Source: a virus
Lineage: Duplodnaviria; Caudoviricetes
DNA: 64,000 bases
Direction: 5' to 3' (one strand)
IMG/VR virus record: IMGVR_UViG_2595698902_000001
Span: 128,001 to 192,000 of that record
This document shows, piece by piece, positions 9,299 through 17,941 of this stretch (position 1 is its first letter; each line of letters starts with the position of its first letter). The notes below the pieces were generated by a model, which saw nothing but the letters and a program-made list of their open reading frames with translations, ran no database searches and was not told where the DNA came from. Both the position numbers and the translations under genes were made by a program.

Positions 9299-10407
9299 TG
9301 TTGGTTGAATACGTTGCTGAATTGGGCCTCGATCCGCATTCCCGTGACGGCCTGTTGCTGCTGGAAGAGTGCGTTTTGTGTCTGGCTGGTGTGAACTCTG
9401 CTTTTGCGTTCCAACACAACGTCAAAGGCATTGATACCGGCCCGTCTGGTCTGAGTGGTAAACTGATCCGGTTGAAATTGCAGGAACACAGCTATCGGAT
9501 GCTGAACGTGAAATACGCGGCGCTGTATCTGTCCCTGCTCCCGAACAAACCGGAATCCTACGAAAAGCTACGGCCTATGCTGGCTGCGCCTGACGTGGAT
9601 TTGTTCAAGCATTTGTTTGCACGTCGCAAGTTCAAGAGTGCCGTAAAGGCACGCGCAAAATATCTGAAAGTCGGTATCAATGATGTTTGTCCGAAGGCAA
9701 TGCACCGGGACCACAAACGCTTTGACGCATACTACCCGAAAATCATGACTCACATTAACGCTCGCGTCGGCGCAAAGCTGCGCTTCCTGATGCGGGCTGA
9801 GAACATGGTAAGACAGGACTTGTCGCGGGATTTGATGTGTAAGACTTTGCGCTCTTACTACTCGCTGTTGCCCACTAAGCAACCCGAGGCGTACATTCTG
9901 AATTACTTGCGGCGCTCGGCATCGAACGAAACAACCAACATCATCGAAAAATATACAACCGATAAACGCCGCCGCATGATCGACGTGGGCGACGACGGTT
10001 TCGGTGGTCGGGAATACGATGTGATCTGCCGTAGTGAAAACCAAACCGGCGTAGGTGAAACCGAAGGCATGACGGAATTCGCAATGCTGATGGAAGACGT
10101 GGTAGACCCCACCACGCAACACCTCGACTCTTCGATCCTGATTCACCGTTTGTTCAAACGTTTTACCGGGCGCAAGCTCAAAGCTCTGCAAATTTTGGCC
10201 GGTGGTGTGGACGACGGCTTCAATCGTTACCTGCGCAAAAACAACCGCCTGAAACACGGGCAGGACCATACGCTGTTCCAGTCTCGCGTTTCGCACGTTT
10301 CGTTTTTGGAAACACTGGCGCACTACTTGGGTGTGTATATCGAACCTTTCATGAAGTTTGTGCAGTCCATCGGACGGATGCTTACTGCGCATGAGGAATT
10401 TGCTTAA
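9298..10407 (+). CDS. hypothetical protein, possibly a second divergent sigma-like factor
   Basis: 'QDLSRDLMCKTLRSYY...YILNYLRRSASNETTNIIEKY' loosely resembles sigma region 2. Confidence 0.4.
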   Translation: MLVEYVAELGLDPHSRDGLLLLEECVLCLAGVNSAFAFQHNVKGIDTGPSGLSGKLIRLKLQEHSYRMLNVKYAALYLSLLPNKPESYEKLRPMLAAPDVDLFKHLFARRKFKSAVKARAKYLKVGINDVCPKAMHRDHKRFDAYYPKIMTHINARVGAKLRFLMRAENMVRQDLSRDLMCKTLRSYYSLLPTKQPEAYILNYLRRSASNETTNIIEKYTTDKRRRMIDVGDDGFGGREYDVICRSENQTGVGETEGMTEFAMLMEDVVDPTTQHLDSSILIHRLFKRFTGRKLKALQILAGGVDDGFNRYLRKNNRLKHGQDHTLFQSRVSHVSFLETLAHYLGVYIEPFMKFVQSIGRMLTAHEEFA

Positions 10408-10763
10408 TGTCTGATTTATTTGATCGGGAAGCAGAAGCACTTGCGCTCTGGAAAGTCGAGGCCACGCTGTCGTACAAACGGCATATCATGGTCAACCTGT
10501 ACGATTTGATTCGGCAGGCACACAATCAGACAGACTCTTGGCTGTTTGTTGCGTTGCGGCACCGCTGCCACAACCTGACAAGAACTGAGTTTGAGTGCGC
10601 GCTGGCTTCGCTCAAAGCTTTTGACGTGGTTGGGATTTATCCGGTGCCCGGTGCAGACGGTGAATTTTTCCACGTCAATCGCAAGAAGACGAATGCCCCG
10701 GCATGGAAAAAATATACAAAACGCCTCCGCGCCATCAGCCGAACGCAGGTGGCCCCGCAGTAG
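10407..10763 (+). CDS. hypothetical protein
   Basis: TAATG-coupled ORF of 118 aa. Confidence 0.65.
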   Translation: MSDLFDREAEALALWKVEATLSYKRHIMVNLYDLIRQAHNQTDSWLFVALRHRCHNLTRTEFECALASLKAFDVVGIYPVPGADGEFFHVNRKKTNAPAWKKYTKRLRAISRTQVAPQ

Positions 10764-10773
10764 CAGGTAAACT

Positions 10774-12252
10774 ATGCAGATTCACAGTCAGACCGCTGAA
10801 CTCCGGGCGTTGCTCACAGTAACGACCAAAAAGTTAAAGGAAGACAAGCGAACTCTGTGGCTCGGCAAACTCAATAAAGACCATTTTTACACGCCACCGC
10901 TGCGACAAGCTTTCGAGCGAATCACAGCGCTGGCGCGTAAGCGTTTCCAAATCATCAGCTGGAAAAGTCTGCTTGAAGACCCCAGCCTAGACGAAGACAT
11001 TCGCGATATTCTGGCAGAAGTTGACGAAAAACCCTGCCTCAAGAAATCGCAGATGAAGGAGACGCTGGAAACCCTAGAGGAATTCCGAAAAATCCGGCTC
11101 ATGAATGACGTGGCCGAACAGATTTTCAAATCCCTTGATGGAACCGCCGTCGATATTGACAAGCTTGTTGGTCAAGTCGCTGAAAAAGTTACGAAGGCTA
11201 CAAACGCAAAACACCAAGACGTTTTCTTCCTGCGTTTTGGTAAAGACTCAAACAGTGATGAAATCACCGAACAGATTTGTCGAAACGAAACCCTGCCGCG
11301 CATCACGACCGGCATGGCGGAATACGATAAAACGAACGGTGGTTTCCCCGACTCTGGTGTGGTCATTATGGCCGCTACCACGTCGGGCGGTAAATCCACG
11401 ATTGCAATGAACGTGGCTTTGCACATGTACTTCAACGAGAACATGAGCGTTTTCCGTATCTCGTTGGAAATGCAGGAAATTCAAGAAACCCAGCGTATGT
11501 ATGCGCATATGACTGGCGTGCCCCTATCTCGGTTCAAGCACGCGAAGCTTACCGAAGACGACAAGCGCAAAATCCGCAAGGCAAAAGCCAAGCTCGCCAA
11601 GCACGGCGACAAGCACGAAATTCACCACACAATCCATTGCCCCAAGGGCGGATTGTCGATGGAAGAGGCGTTGCAGCTGGCTAAGCCTTTCGGCTACAAA
11701 GTTATTGTGGTGGACTACGTTGGTCTGTTGGATGAAAAGTCCGATAAAGACCAATGGAAAATGTTGATGGACGCGGCGCGTATTGCGAAGAACTACACGC
11801 AAGAAACCGGCGCCCTTGTTATCCTGCTGGCACAGCTCGATGACGAAAGCGATAAGCTGCGTTACTCCAAGGGTATGAAGGAACACGCCGATACCCTGAT
11901 CCAGTGGAACTACGCCCGCCTTGAACAGCGCGAATTGAAATTGATTCCGATGTTTGTTGCTAAGGATCGGGACGGTGAATCTAACTGGGGCTTCGATATG
12001 GAGGAACGCTTCGACATTATGTCCGTATTCAACCCCGGCACTCAGACGGGTGCATCGTCTGGTGGAGGAAATCTTGAGTTTGAAGAAGACGCCGACGAAG
12101 GAAAAGCCAAAAAAGGTAAAAAGAAAAAAGGAACCAAAAAGCTCGAAAAGACCAGCGTTGACCTTGAGCATGAACTCAACCCCGGTAAAAAGAAAAAGAA
12201 AAGCAAAGTTAGGCTTATCGGGTCTGACGATGGGCCAGCCGCTCTCTCTTAG
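10774..12252 (+). CDS. DnaB-like replicative helicase
   Basis: Walker A ATTSGGKST, ISLEM, Walker B IVVDYVGL, LLAQL, HADTLI and KDRDG motifs; Lys-rich C-terminal tail. Confidence 0.85.
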   Translation: MQIHSQTAELRALLTVTTKKLKEDKRTLWLGKLNKDHFYTPPLRQAFERITALARKRFQIISWKSLLEDPSLDEDIRDILAEVDEKPCLKKSQMKETLETLEEFRKIRLMNDVAEQIFKSLDGTAVDIDKLVGQVAEKVTKATNAKHQDVFFLRFGKDSNSDEITEQICRNETLPRITTGMAEYDKTNGGFPDSGVVIMAATTSGGKSTIAMNVALHMYFNENMSVFRISLEMQEIQETQRMYAHMTGVPLSRFKHAKLTEDDKRKIRKAKAKLAKHGDKHEIHHTIHCPKGGLSMEEALQLAKPFGYKVIVVDYVGLLDEKSDKDQWKMLMDAARIAKNYTQETGALVILLAQLDDESDKLRYSKGMKEHADTLIQWNYARLEQRELKLIPMFVAKDRDGESNWGFDMEERFDIMSVFNPGTQTGASSGGGNLEFEEDADEGKAKKGKKKKGTKKLEKTSVDLEHELNPGKKKKKSKVRLIGSDDGPAALS

Positions 12253-12256
12253 AGAA

Positions 12257-13030
12257 ATGCGTGCCCGGACGATTGACAAGATCGCCGGGTATGTCAGGCT
12301 GGAGCGTGGGGATAATTTCCCCACGCATAACATATTTGAAGTTGAACATGATCCAGTGCCGGACGGTGTGTTTCTCGCCGATCCGGCGATTCCCCCGTGG
12401 CGATACTCCAAAGCATTGATGATGCAGGATATCCAACCACGGGAACCGGAACATCATCACGAAAATATCAACTACTTTGACGACGCAGAACTTCCACTGT
12501 CGATGAACGAAGTGGAAGTGCCTGATTCGGAATTGGTTGATTTCAACGATCTATATTCGTCGCGCTCGGCAGAGTTTAAATCACTCTTCTACAAGAGCGC
12601 GGCATCTGTTGGTGCTCTTTCTGACGCCGCTGATTATGTGGAGGCTGCTTTGCGAAGCGGCCTCGACATTGACGTAGAAATGGATGAAGCATTAGCAGAA
12701 GCTTTTGTGCATGTTACCCGCCTCGATGCAGTTGCCGCTATGGCGCGCACTACTGCCCTCACGCAAGATCAACAAAACTCCTTTATCGAAAAGATCACGT
12801 CGCTATTTGCCGACCGCACAATGCTCGCAATTAGCCAGCATGATACGGCAGCTGCGCAACGCCGCAACCTGCATACCGCCGCACAAGCCCGTGAACTTTA
12901 CGCCCGTGTCCGCGCTTCAAACTCCCCACGAAATCCGCAAAATCCCCGAGCTGACTTTGATCCCGACCAACAAGGAACATTTGCGCCCCAGCACCAAACC
13001 CAGCTGGGCGTTAGAGGTGCGCGCCGATGA
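12257..13030 (+). CDS. hypothetical protein (possible terminase small subunit by position)
   Basis: ATG 12257 follows the helicase stop; ATGA overlap with terL. The function is inferred from position only. Confidence 0.45.
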   Translation: MRARTIDKIAGYVRLERGDNFPTHNIFEVEHDPVPDGVFLADPAIPPWRYSKALMMQDIQPREPEHHHENINYFDDAELPLSMNEVEVPDSELVDFNDLYSSRSAEFKSLFYKSAASVGALSDAADYVEAALRSGLDIDVEMDEALAEAFVHVTRLDAVAAMARTTALTQDQQNSFIEKITSLFADRTMLAISQHDTAAAQRRNLHTAAQARELYARVRASNSPRNPQNPRADFDPDQQGTFAPQHQTQLGVRGARR

Positions 13031-15957
13031 AGGTGAAAAAGAGCAAGAATTCTAACATTCTGGTTCCCGACAAATCCCTAGAAGTGCCTGACCGAAGTTT
13101 GATCACGTCGGGCAACGCGTTTGATTATTTGCTTTCTCTGAAATCCACTGGGCGCACACCTGCGGCCCGTGTGGACGACCTTGATTCGATTGGCAAATCA
13201 GCTGCATCCACGATCACTGCGATGGACGTGGATTCAGAAATCAACATTGCGAAAACCATCCGCGAATTGATGGATTCCAAAGTCGTCGTGCCCAAGGATA
13301 TGAAGATCGACGACGGCGATTTGCCGATGGCGAAAAACTTCTATGAATGGGTGACGCAAGACAGATTCGGAACAATTGGTGATGAACGGCCCTTTATCGA
13401 GCAATTGATATGGGGCCTTGTCGTTTTCAACGACTATTGCCCGAAATGTTCCGACATGGAATGGCTGCTGCACGCGCACAAAGTCGATGACACCTACACA
13501 AAACTCGAACGGAAAGTTGCGATTTTTGAGAACGGCAAATGCCCTCACTGCAAGCTAGGCCGCGCCAAGGCAGTGAAAAAAGGCCTAATGCCTTATTACA
13601 ACGAACTGGCGGTTAACGCGGGCCAGCGTTGTGTCATTGATTCCACGCCGGTAATTACCCCGCACGGCCTGCTGCACATTGCAGAAGTTTTCCCTGATGC
13701 GCCGGAAGGTTTCACCGACTTTGAATTTGATGTTTTCAACGGCACCGAGTTTGAGACAACATCGCACTACTTCAAAGCCACGCCTGAGCCTGTGTATCGT
13801 GCCATGACTTCACTGGGCTTTTCCGTATGTGGCACAACCGATCACCCGATCCTGACCAAAGAAGGATTCGTGAAAATCGGCGAGCTGAAACTGACGGAAA
13901 AACTGGATGTTGTTTATGGCTCGCGTGTGTTCGGTCCGAAGTCTTACCCGAATGCCTATGCAAACGGCATGAAATTCCGTGATGCAGCGGTAAGCCTGAA
14001 TCTGCGTTGCGCCAACGCGGAAGACGTGACCGATTGGCTGCGCGGTGTGTTTGCTCTCACGCCACGGAAAGCGTTTATCAACATGGTTGTTTTGCGTGAT
14101 ATTTCTGCGCTGCTGTTGAACGCCGGTTATCCGCACAAGATTGACGGCCCGTCGATTGTGTTTAGCTCGGTTGAGCACGAAAACCTGCTCAATAAAGTCT
14201 GGCGCTCCGGTGTAATCGAAGACACAATTACTTCTGTAATTAGCGCAGGCACACAAGCCACCTACGATTTCACTTTGCCGAAGACGCACCAGTTTGTTAC
14301 GGGTGGGATTATCTCGCACAACTCTGGTAAATCTCACACGGTCGGCACCTACCTTGCGCCCTACCATTTGCATCGTTTGTTGAAGCTGCAAAAACCGGCG
14401 CAATTCTACGGCCTGTCGCGAACCACAATGCTGCAAGGCACGTTCGCTGCGCTGACCTATACGCAGGCCAAGGATACTTTGTGGACGCCGTTCTATGGCG
14501 CCCTCACAGAATCCAACTGGTATCGCCAATATCACTCGATGTTGCGCCACTACGAAAACGTTTACGGTGAGCGATTATTTAAGCTGACCGACACCTACGT
14601 CGATTACCGCGTGCGCGGCTTGCAGTATTATCCTGTAGGCCCGGACAAGCGGATTCTTAGGGGAAGGACGAGGGTATTTTTCTCACTCGACGAAATTGCA
14701 TATTTCGACGCCGACAAAGACAGCGCGAAGGTCAAGATTAACGGTCACGAAATTTACGACGCCTTGGCGAACAGTCTCTATACCGTGCGTGGTGCGGCAG
14801 ACGTTTTGCTGGGGCGAGGCCTTGACGACGTTTTGAGTGCGTATGCGATGAACGTTTCGTCGCCTACCGCCAAAAACGACATGATTCATACGCTGTTGAA
14901 TCGTGCAAAAGAAGGTAGTTCGATTTACGGGATTCACCGTCCGACTTGGGAAGTAAACCCCAACTTCAAACGGACTTCCAAAATCATTACCGAGGCCTAC
15001 AAGAAAGACCCGGTTTCTGCTGAGAAAAACTTTGGTGCAAACCCGCCGCTGATTGCGAACCCGTTCCTTGCTAACCATAAGTTCATCATGAACATGGAAG
15101 ACACTAGCAAGAAAAACCCGATCAAAATCGAAGCGCGTTTCAAGAACAGCAAGAAAGTCGGCCAGTCGTACATGTACGGCGAAATCACGAAACTCAAGAA
15201 ATCCGGCAAGCCTTCGATCCTCGCAATTGACGCCGGTTTGAAGGACAACAGTTTCTCCATTGCTGGCGGAACCATCGACGAAAACTTTAATTTATGTGTA
15301 GACCTGATTTGCGAAGTTATTCCGCAACCGGGCTTCTTTATCAACTACTCGCTTATGTATTCGGAAGTAATTCTGCCGATTATGCAGGCGCGTAACGTGA
15401 AGGTTTTGCTGGCTGACCGCTGGAATTCGCTTTCGCTTTTGAGCGATGCACAGATTGATATGGGCGACCCGGATGCCGACGACGGTATGCCGACGTTCAT
15501 TGCGAAACAGCACAGTTTGAAATATACAGAAATGGTTGGTGTGCGCACGCGCATTGAGCAGGGCCAAGTGATTGTGCCTAAGTCGGAAATCAAAGTGAGC
15601 ACTCTGATGGACGCGCTCGATTCCAACTATCGTGAATTCTATGTTGGTTCTCCTATTGCGCATTTGTTCAAGCAAATGTTTACCATTAAAGACCTAGAAA
15701 AAGGCGTAGGTAAAGGCGACGGGTACACCGACGATAACTGGCGCGCTATGGCTTTGTTGCTGTGGGGTTTGCAGGAAGAAGAATTCACCGCAATGCTTAT
15801 GGCCGAACCGATGAATATGCAGCTGGCGCATCCGAGTGTTTTGGGTGCATCGAAACTTAGCAGCGGTGGCGGTTCCAGTGTAGGCTCCGGGGGCGGAGGC
15901 GGCTTGACCACGAAAAATGGTGCGCCGTTGATGATTATGGGAAGTGGGAGACGATGA
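13027..15957 (+). CDS. terL: terminase large subunit containing an intein
   Basis: The spliced Walker A reads AGQR|SGKS; Walker B FSLDEIA; VSSP coupling motif; RNase-H-like nuclease motifs LAIDAG...LADRWN...TDDNW. Confidence 0.85.
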   Translation: MKVKKSKNSNILVPDKSLEVPDRSLITSGNAFDYLLSLKSTGRTPAARVDDLDSIGKSAASTITAMDVDSEINIAKTIRELMDSKVVVPKDMKIDDGDLPMAKNFYEWVTQDRFGTIGDERPFIEQLIWGLVVFNDYCPKCSDMEWLLHAHKVDDTYTKLERKVAIFENGKCPHCKLGRAKAVKKGLMPYYNELAVNAGQRCVIDSTPVITPHGLLHIAEVFPDAPEGFTDFEFDVFNGTEFETTSHYFKATPEPVYRAMTSLGFSVCGTTDHPILTKEGFVKIGELKLTEKLDVVYGSRVFGPKSYPNAYANGMKFRDAAVSLNLRCANAEDVTDWLRGVFALTPRKAFINMVVLRDISALLLNAGYPHKIDGPSIVFSSVEHENLLNKVWRSGVIEDTITSVISAGTQATYDFTLPKTHQFVTGGIISHNSGKSHTVGTYLAPYHLHRLLKLQKPAQFYGLSRTTMLQGTFAALTYTQAKDTLWTPFYGALTESNWYRQYHSMLRHYENVYGERLFKLTDTYVDYRVRGLQYYPVGPDKRILRGRTRVFFSLDEIAYFDADKDSAKVKINGHEIYDALANSLYTVRGAADVLLGRGLDDVLSAYAMNVSSPTAKNDMIHTLLNRAKEGSSIYGIHRPTWEVNPNFKRTSKIITEAYKKDPVSAEKNFGANPPLIANPFLANHKFIMNMEDTSKKNPIKIEARFKNSKKVGQSYMYGEITKLKKSGKPSILAIDAGLKDNSFSIAGGTIDENFNLCVDLICEVIPQPGFFINYSLMYSEVILPIMQARNVKVLLADRWNSLSLLSDAQIDMGDPDADDGMPTFIAKQHSLKYTEMVGVRTRIEQGQVIVPKSEIKVSTLMDALDSNYREFYVGSPIAHLFKQMFTIKDLEKGVGKGDGYTDDNWRAMALLLWGLQEEEFTAMLMAEPMNMQLAHPSVLGASKLSSGGGSSVGSGGGGGLTTKNGAPLMIMGSGRR
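13630..14322 (+). mobile_element. intein (231 aa) in the terminase Walker A, with degenerate LAGLIDADG remnant
   Basis: Begins CVIDSTPV; block B 'GTTDHPILT'; ends TYDFTLPKTHQFVTGGIISHN followed by Ser; one endonuclease-like motif 'DWLRGVF'. Confidence 0.9.
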
Positions 15958-15988
15958 AGAGCCGAGTAAAACTTGAGGAAAACAACTC

Positions 15989-17299
15989 ATGGCAAATCAG
16001 ATCGACCTCACGCAATACAAGTGGTTTCAGTACGATGAAAACGCGGCAGAACTTGAGTTTGGCGAACCTCGCCATAACGAAGAGTATTTGCTGGCGCTGC
16101 ATCCGGGCAACGTGTACGGCGTTAAGAAACGTGCGCACGGTATTATCGTTGTCCACAAAAACAGCCCTGATATTACCTTCCACCTGAATGAGCAAGAATA
16201 CAACCGGATTGTTTCGCACAGTCGCGGCTGGTCTGGCAAAGTCAAACGTGTGGCTGTACAGGCGGGCGTCGGCGGTTATGACAAACCAAAAGACGTTCTG
16301 CCGCCCGGTTGGTTTGAGATTGAACTGGACAGTTCCAACCTCAACACCACGATCTACGATTCAAAGAACAAAATTCTCTATGTTGCTTTCCACAACGGCG
16401 CGTCGTGGGCATATGAAAATGTGTCCATGAAAGAATTCCGTGAAATGGAAGCGATGGAGTCTCGCGGTAAGTATTTCAACTGGCGAATCAAATACGTCAA
16501 ACGGCAGTACAAAATCGGTAACAACTTCGACAAGCCGCCGTATGACACAGCGCCAATTGGCGATGCGCTCACGCCGAAAATGCCGAAGTCTGGCCCGCCA
16601 CCGGAATTCGCAGGCCCACCGGATCGCCCCGTACCGAAGAAAGACAAAGCGCCCGCGAAACAAAAGTTCGTCATTCCTGCCGGGATGAAGGTTAACCCGA
16701 AAGCGAAAATCGACATTACCCATTCTGCACACCCCGGTAAGTCCACGACTAAATCGTGGTCGGGCGTAGGCTTTGAATGGCTGGGCGCAAAAAACCCTGA
16801 GCTGGACCGCATTTTGGGCGAGCTGTACAAAAACGGTAAAGCCGAAGTAGACGATGGAAAAGGCATTGCTACTCTGGTGCTGAAAGACAAGATTTTGGTG
16901 CCTGAAAAAGAAGAGCCTGCAAAGCCGCGTTCCTCTGCTGTACAGGTTATGGACGTGAGCGGTGCTACCGAAGAGAAACCCGGTGCTGCTAAACGTACTG
17001 TGCGTATCCCGAAATCCGCGTTTGAAACATGGCTGGACGTGGAGCAGAAAATGGCAACCGGTGGTAAGGATGGTGATGCGTTCAAAATCATCCGGCGCCA
17101 GCGTGTTGATTCAGAAGCGGACATTTTCAAACTGCTGGGATCGCTACGCACCAGCACACTCGCACGGGATCACAAACAGGCGTTCCGCACTGCCGTAGAG
17201 TCTATCGTGTCTTTGGCTGATCAATATCCATTTACCGCGAAAGGCAAAACCACGTATAAAACTCTGCGCAAGCACGTCATTGCGATGGGCAAAGCTTAA
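15989..17299 (+). CDS. KTSC-domain protein
   Basis: 'LDSSNLNTTIYDSKNKILYVAFHNGASWAYENVS...ESRGKYFNWRIK' is a KTSC signature, followed by a Pro/Lys-rich linker. Confidence 0.8.
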   Translation: MANQIDLTQYKWFQYDENAAELEFGEPRHNEEYLLALHPGNVYGVKKRAHGIIVVHKNSPDITFHLNEQEYNRIVSHSRGWSGKVKRVAVQAGVGGYDKPKDVLPPGWFEIELDSSNLNTTIYDSKNKILYVAFHNGASWAYENVSMKEFREMEAMESRGKYFNWRIKYVKRQYKIGNNFDKPPYDTAPIGDALTPKMPKSGPPPEFAGPPDRPVPKKDKAPAKQKFVIPAGMKVNPKAKIDITHSAHPGKSTTKSWSGVGFEWLGAKNPELDRILGELYKNGKAEVDDGKGIATLVLKDKILVPEKEEPAKPRSSAVQVMDVSGATEEKPGAAKRTVRIPKSAFETWLDVEQKMATGGKDGDAFKIIRRQRVDSEADIFKLLGSLRTSTLARDHKQAFRTAVESIVSLADQYPFTAKGKTTYKTLRKHVIAMGKA

Positions 17300-17320
17300 C
17301 CGCCACCGATAGGAAAATTC

Positions 17321-17932
17321 ATGCCAATTCTCGCCGATGTTTTAGTGGAAACCCTCAAAGACGACGAACCTCGTTACCTGCAAATGATAGAAAGTGGGGA
17401 ATTAGTCTACGACCGAAAAATCGTAGCGATGGCTCGCGTTTATCAACTCTACGTCGGCGTTGATCGGTACGTGGAATCCCTGTCCAACTGTCGCCTAATC
17501 GTTTTGCTCAAAGATGGAGAATGCGTTTATTCTTGTTATTTCAAGGTGGCTCATTCTCCCCACTTTGGCAACCGCGTTGTTCAAACCGAAGTACGCCAAG
17601 CGCCGGGCTGTGAAGGCCTTGCGCGTTCCATGATGAAAAACTACTTCCTCAAGGATTATGACTGCATCCGCACTGACCTTGGCAGCACAACGCAAGGCAT
17701 GAAAATGTGGCAAACATTCTACGACGATTACCGCCGTGAACTCTTTTTCTACAAGGCACAGATTAACATTGATTTGCGCACGTCTGATGGACTTTCAAAT
17801 CAGGATGCCTCTTACACAGAGGTTGCGCGGCGCGTTGGCCGTATCCGGTTAGGGCGTTTGCACCCGAACTGGTGGCACGACAACAAAGCCGGAAACGTAT
17901 GCGTTATCTACGCGTCCAACAATCCTATGTGA
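17321..17932 (+). CDS. hypothetical protein, possible GNAT-fold
   Basis: 'QTEVRQAPGCEGLARSM...TDLGSTTQGMKMWQ' resembles phage GNAT motifs A and B; SD present. Confidence 0.45.
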   Translation: MPILADVLVETLKDDEPRYLQMIESGELVYDRKIVAMARVYQLYVGVDRYVESLSNCRLIVLLKDGECVYSCYFKVAHSPHFGNRVVQTEVRQAPGCEGLARSMMKNYFLKDYDCIRTDLGSTTQGMKMWQTFYDDYRRELFFYKAQINIDLRTSDGLSNQDASYTEVARRVGRIRLGRLHPNWWHDNKAGNVCVIYASNNPM

Positions 17933-17941
17933 GAAAAACAA

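Noticed and set aside
11954-12256. 5' extension of the 11954..13030 ORF overlapping the helicase
   Set aside because: It is an alternative-frame read of the helicase tail; ATG 12257 just after the helicase stop is more plausible.
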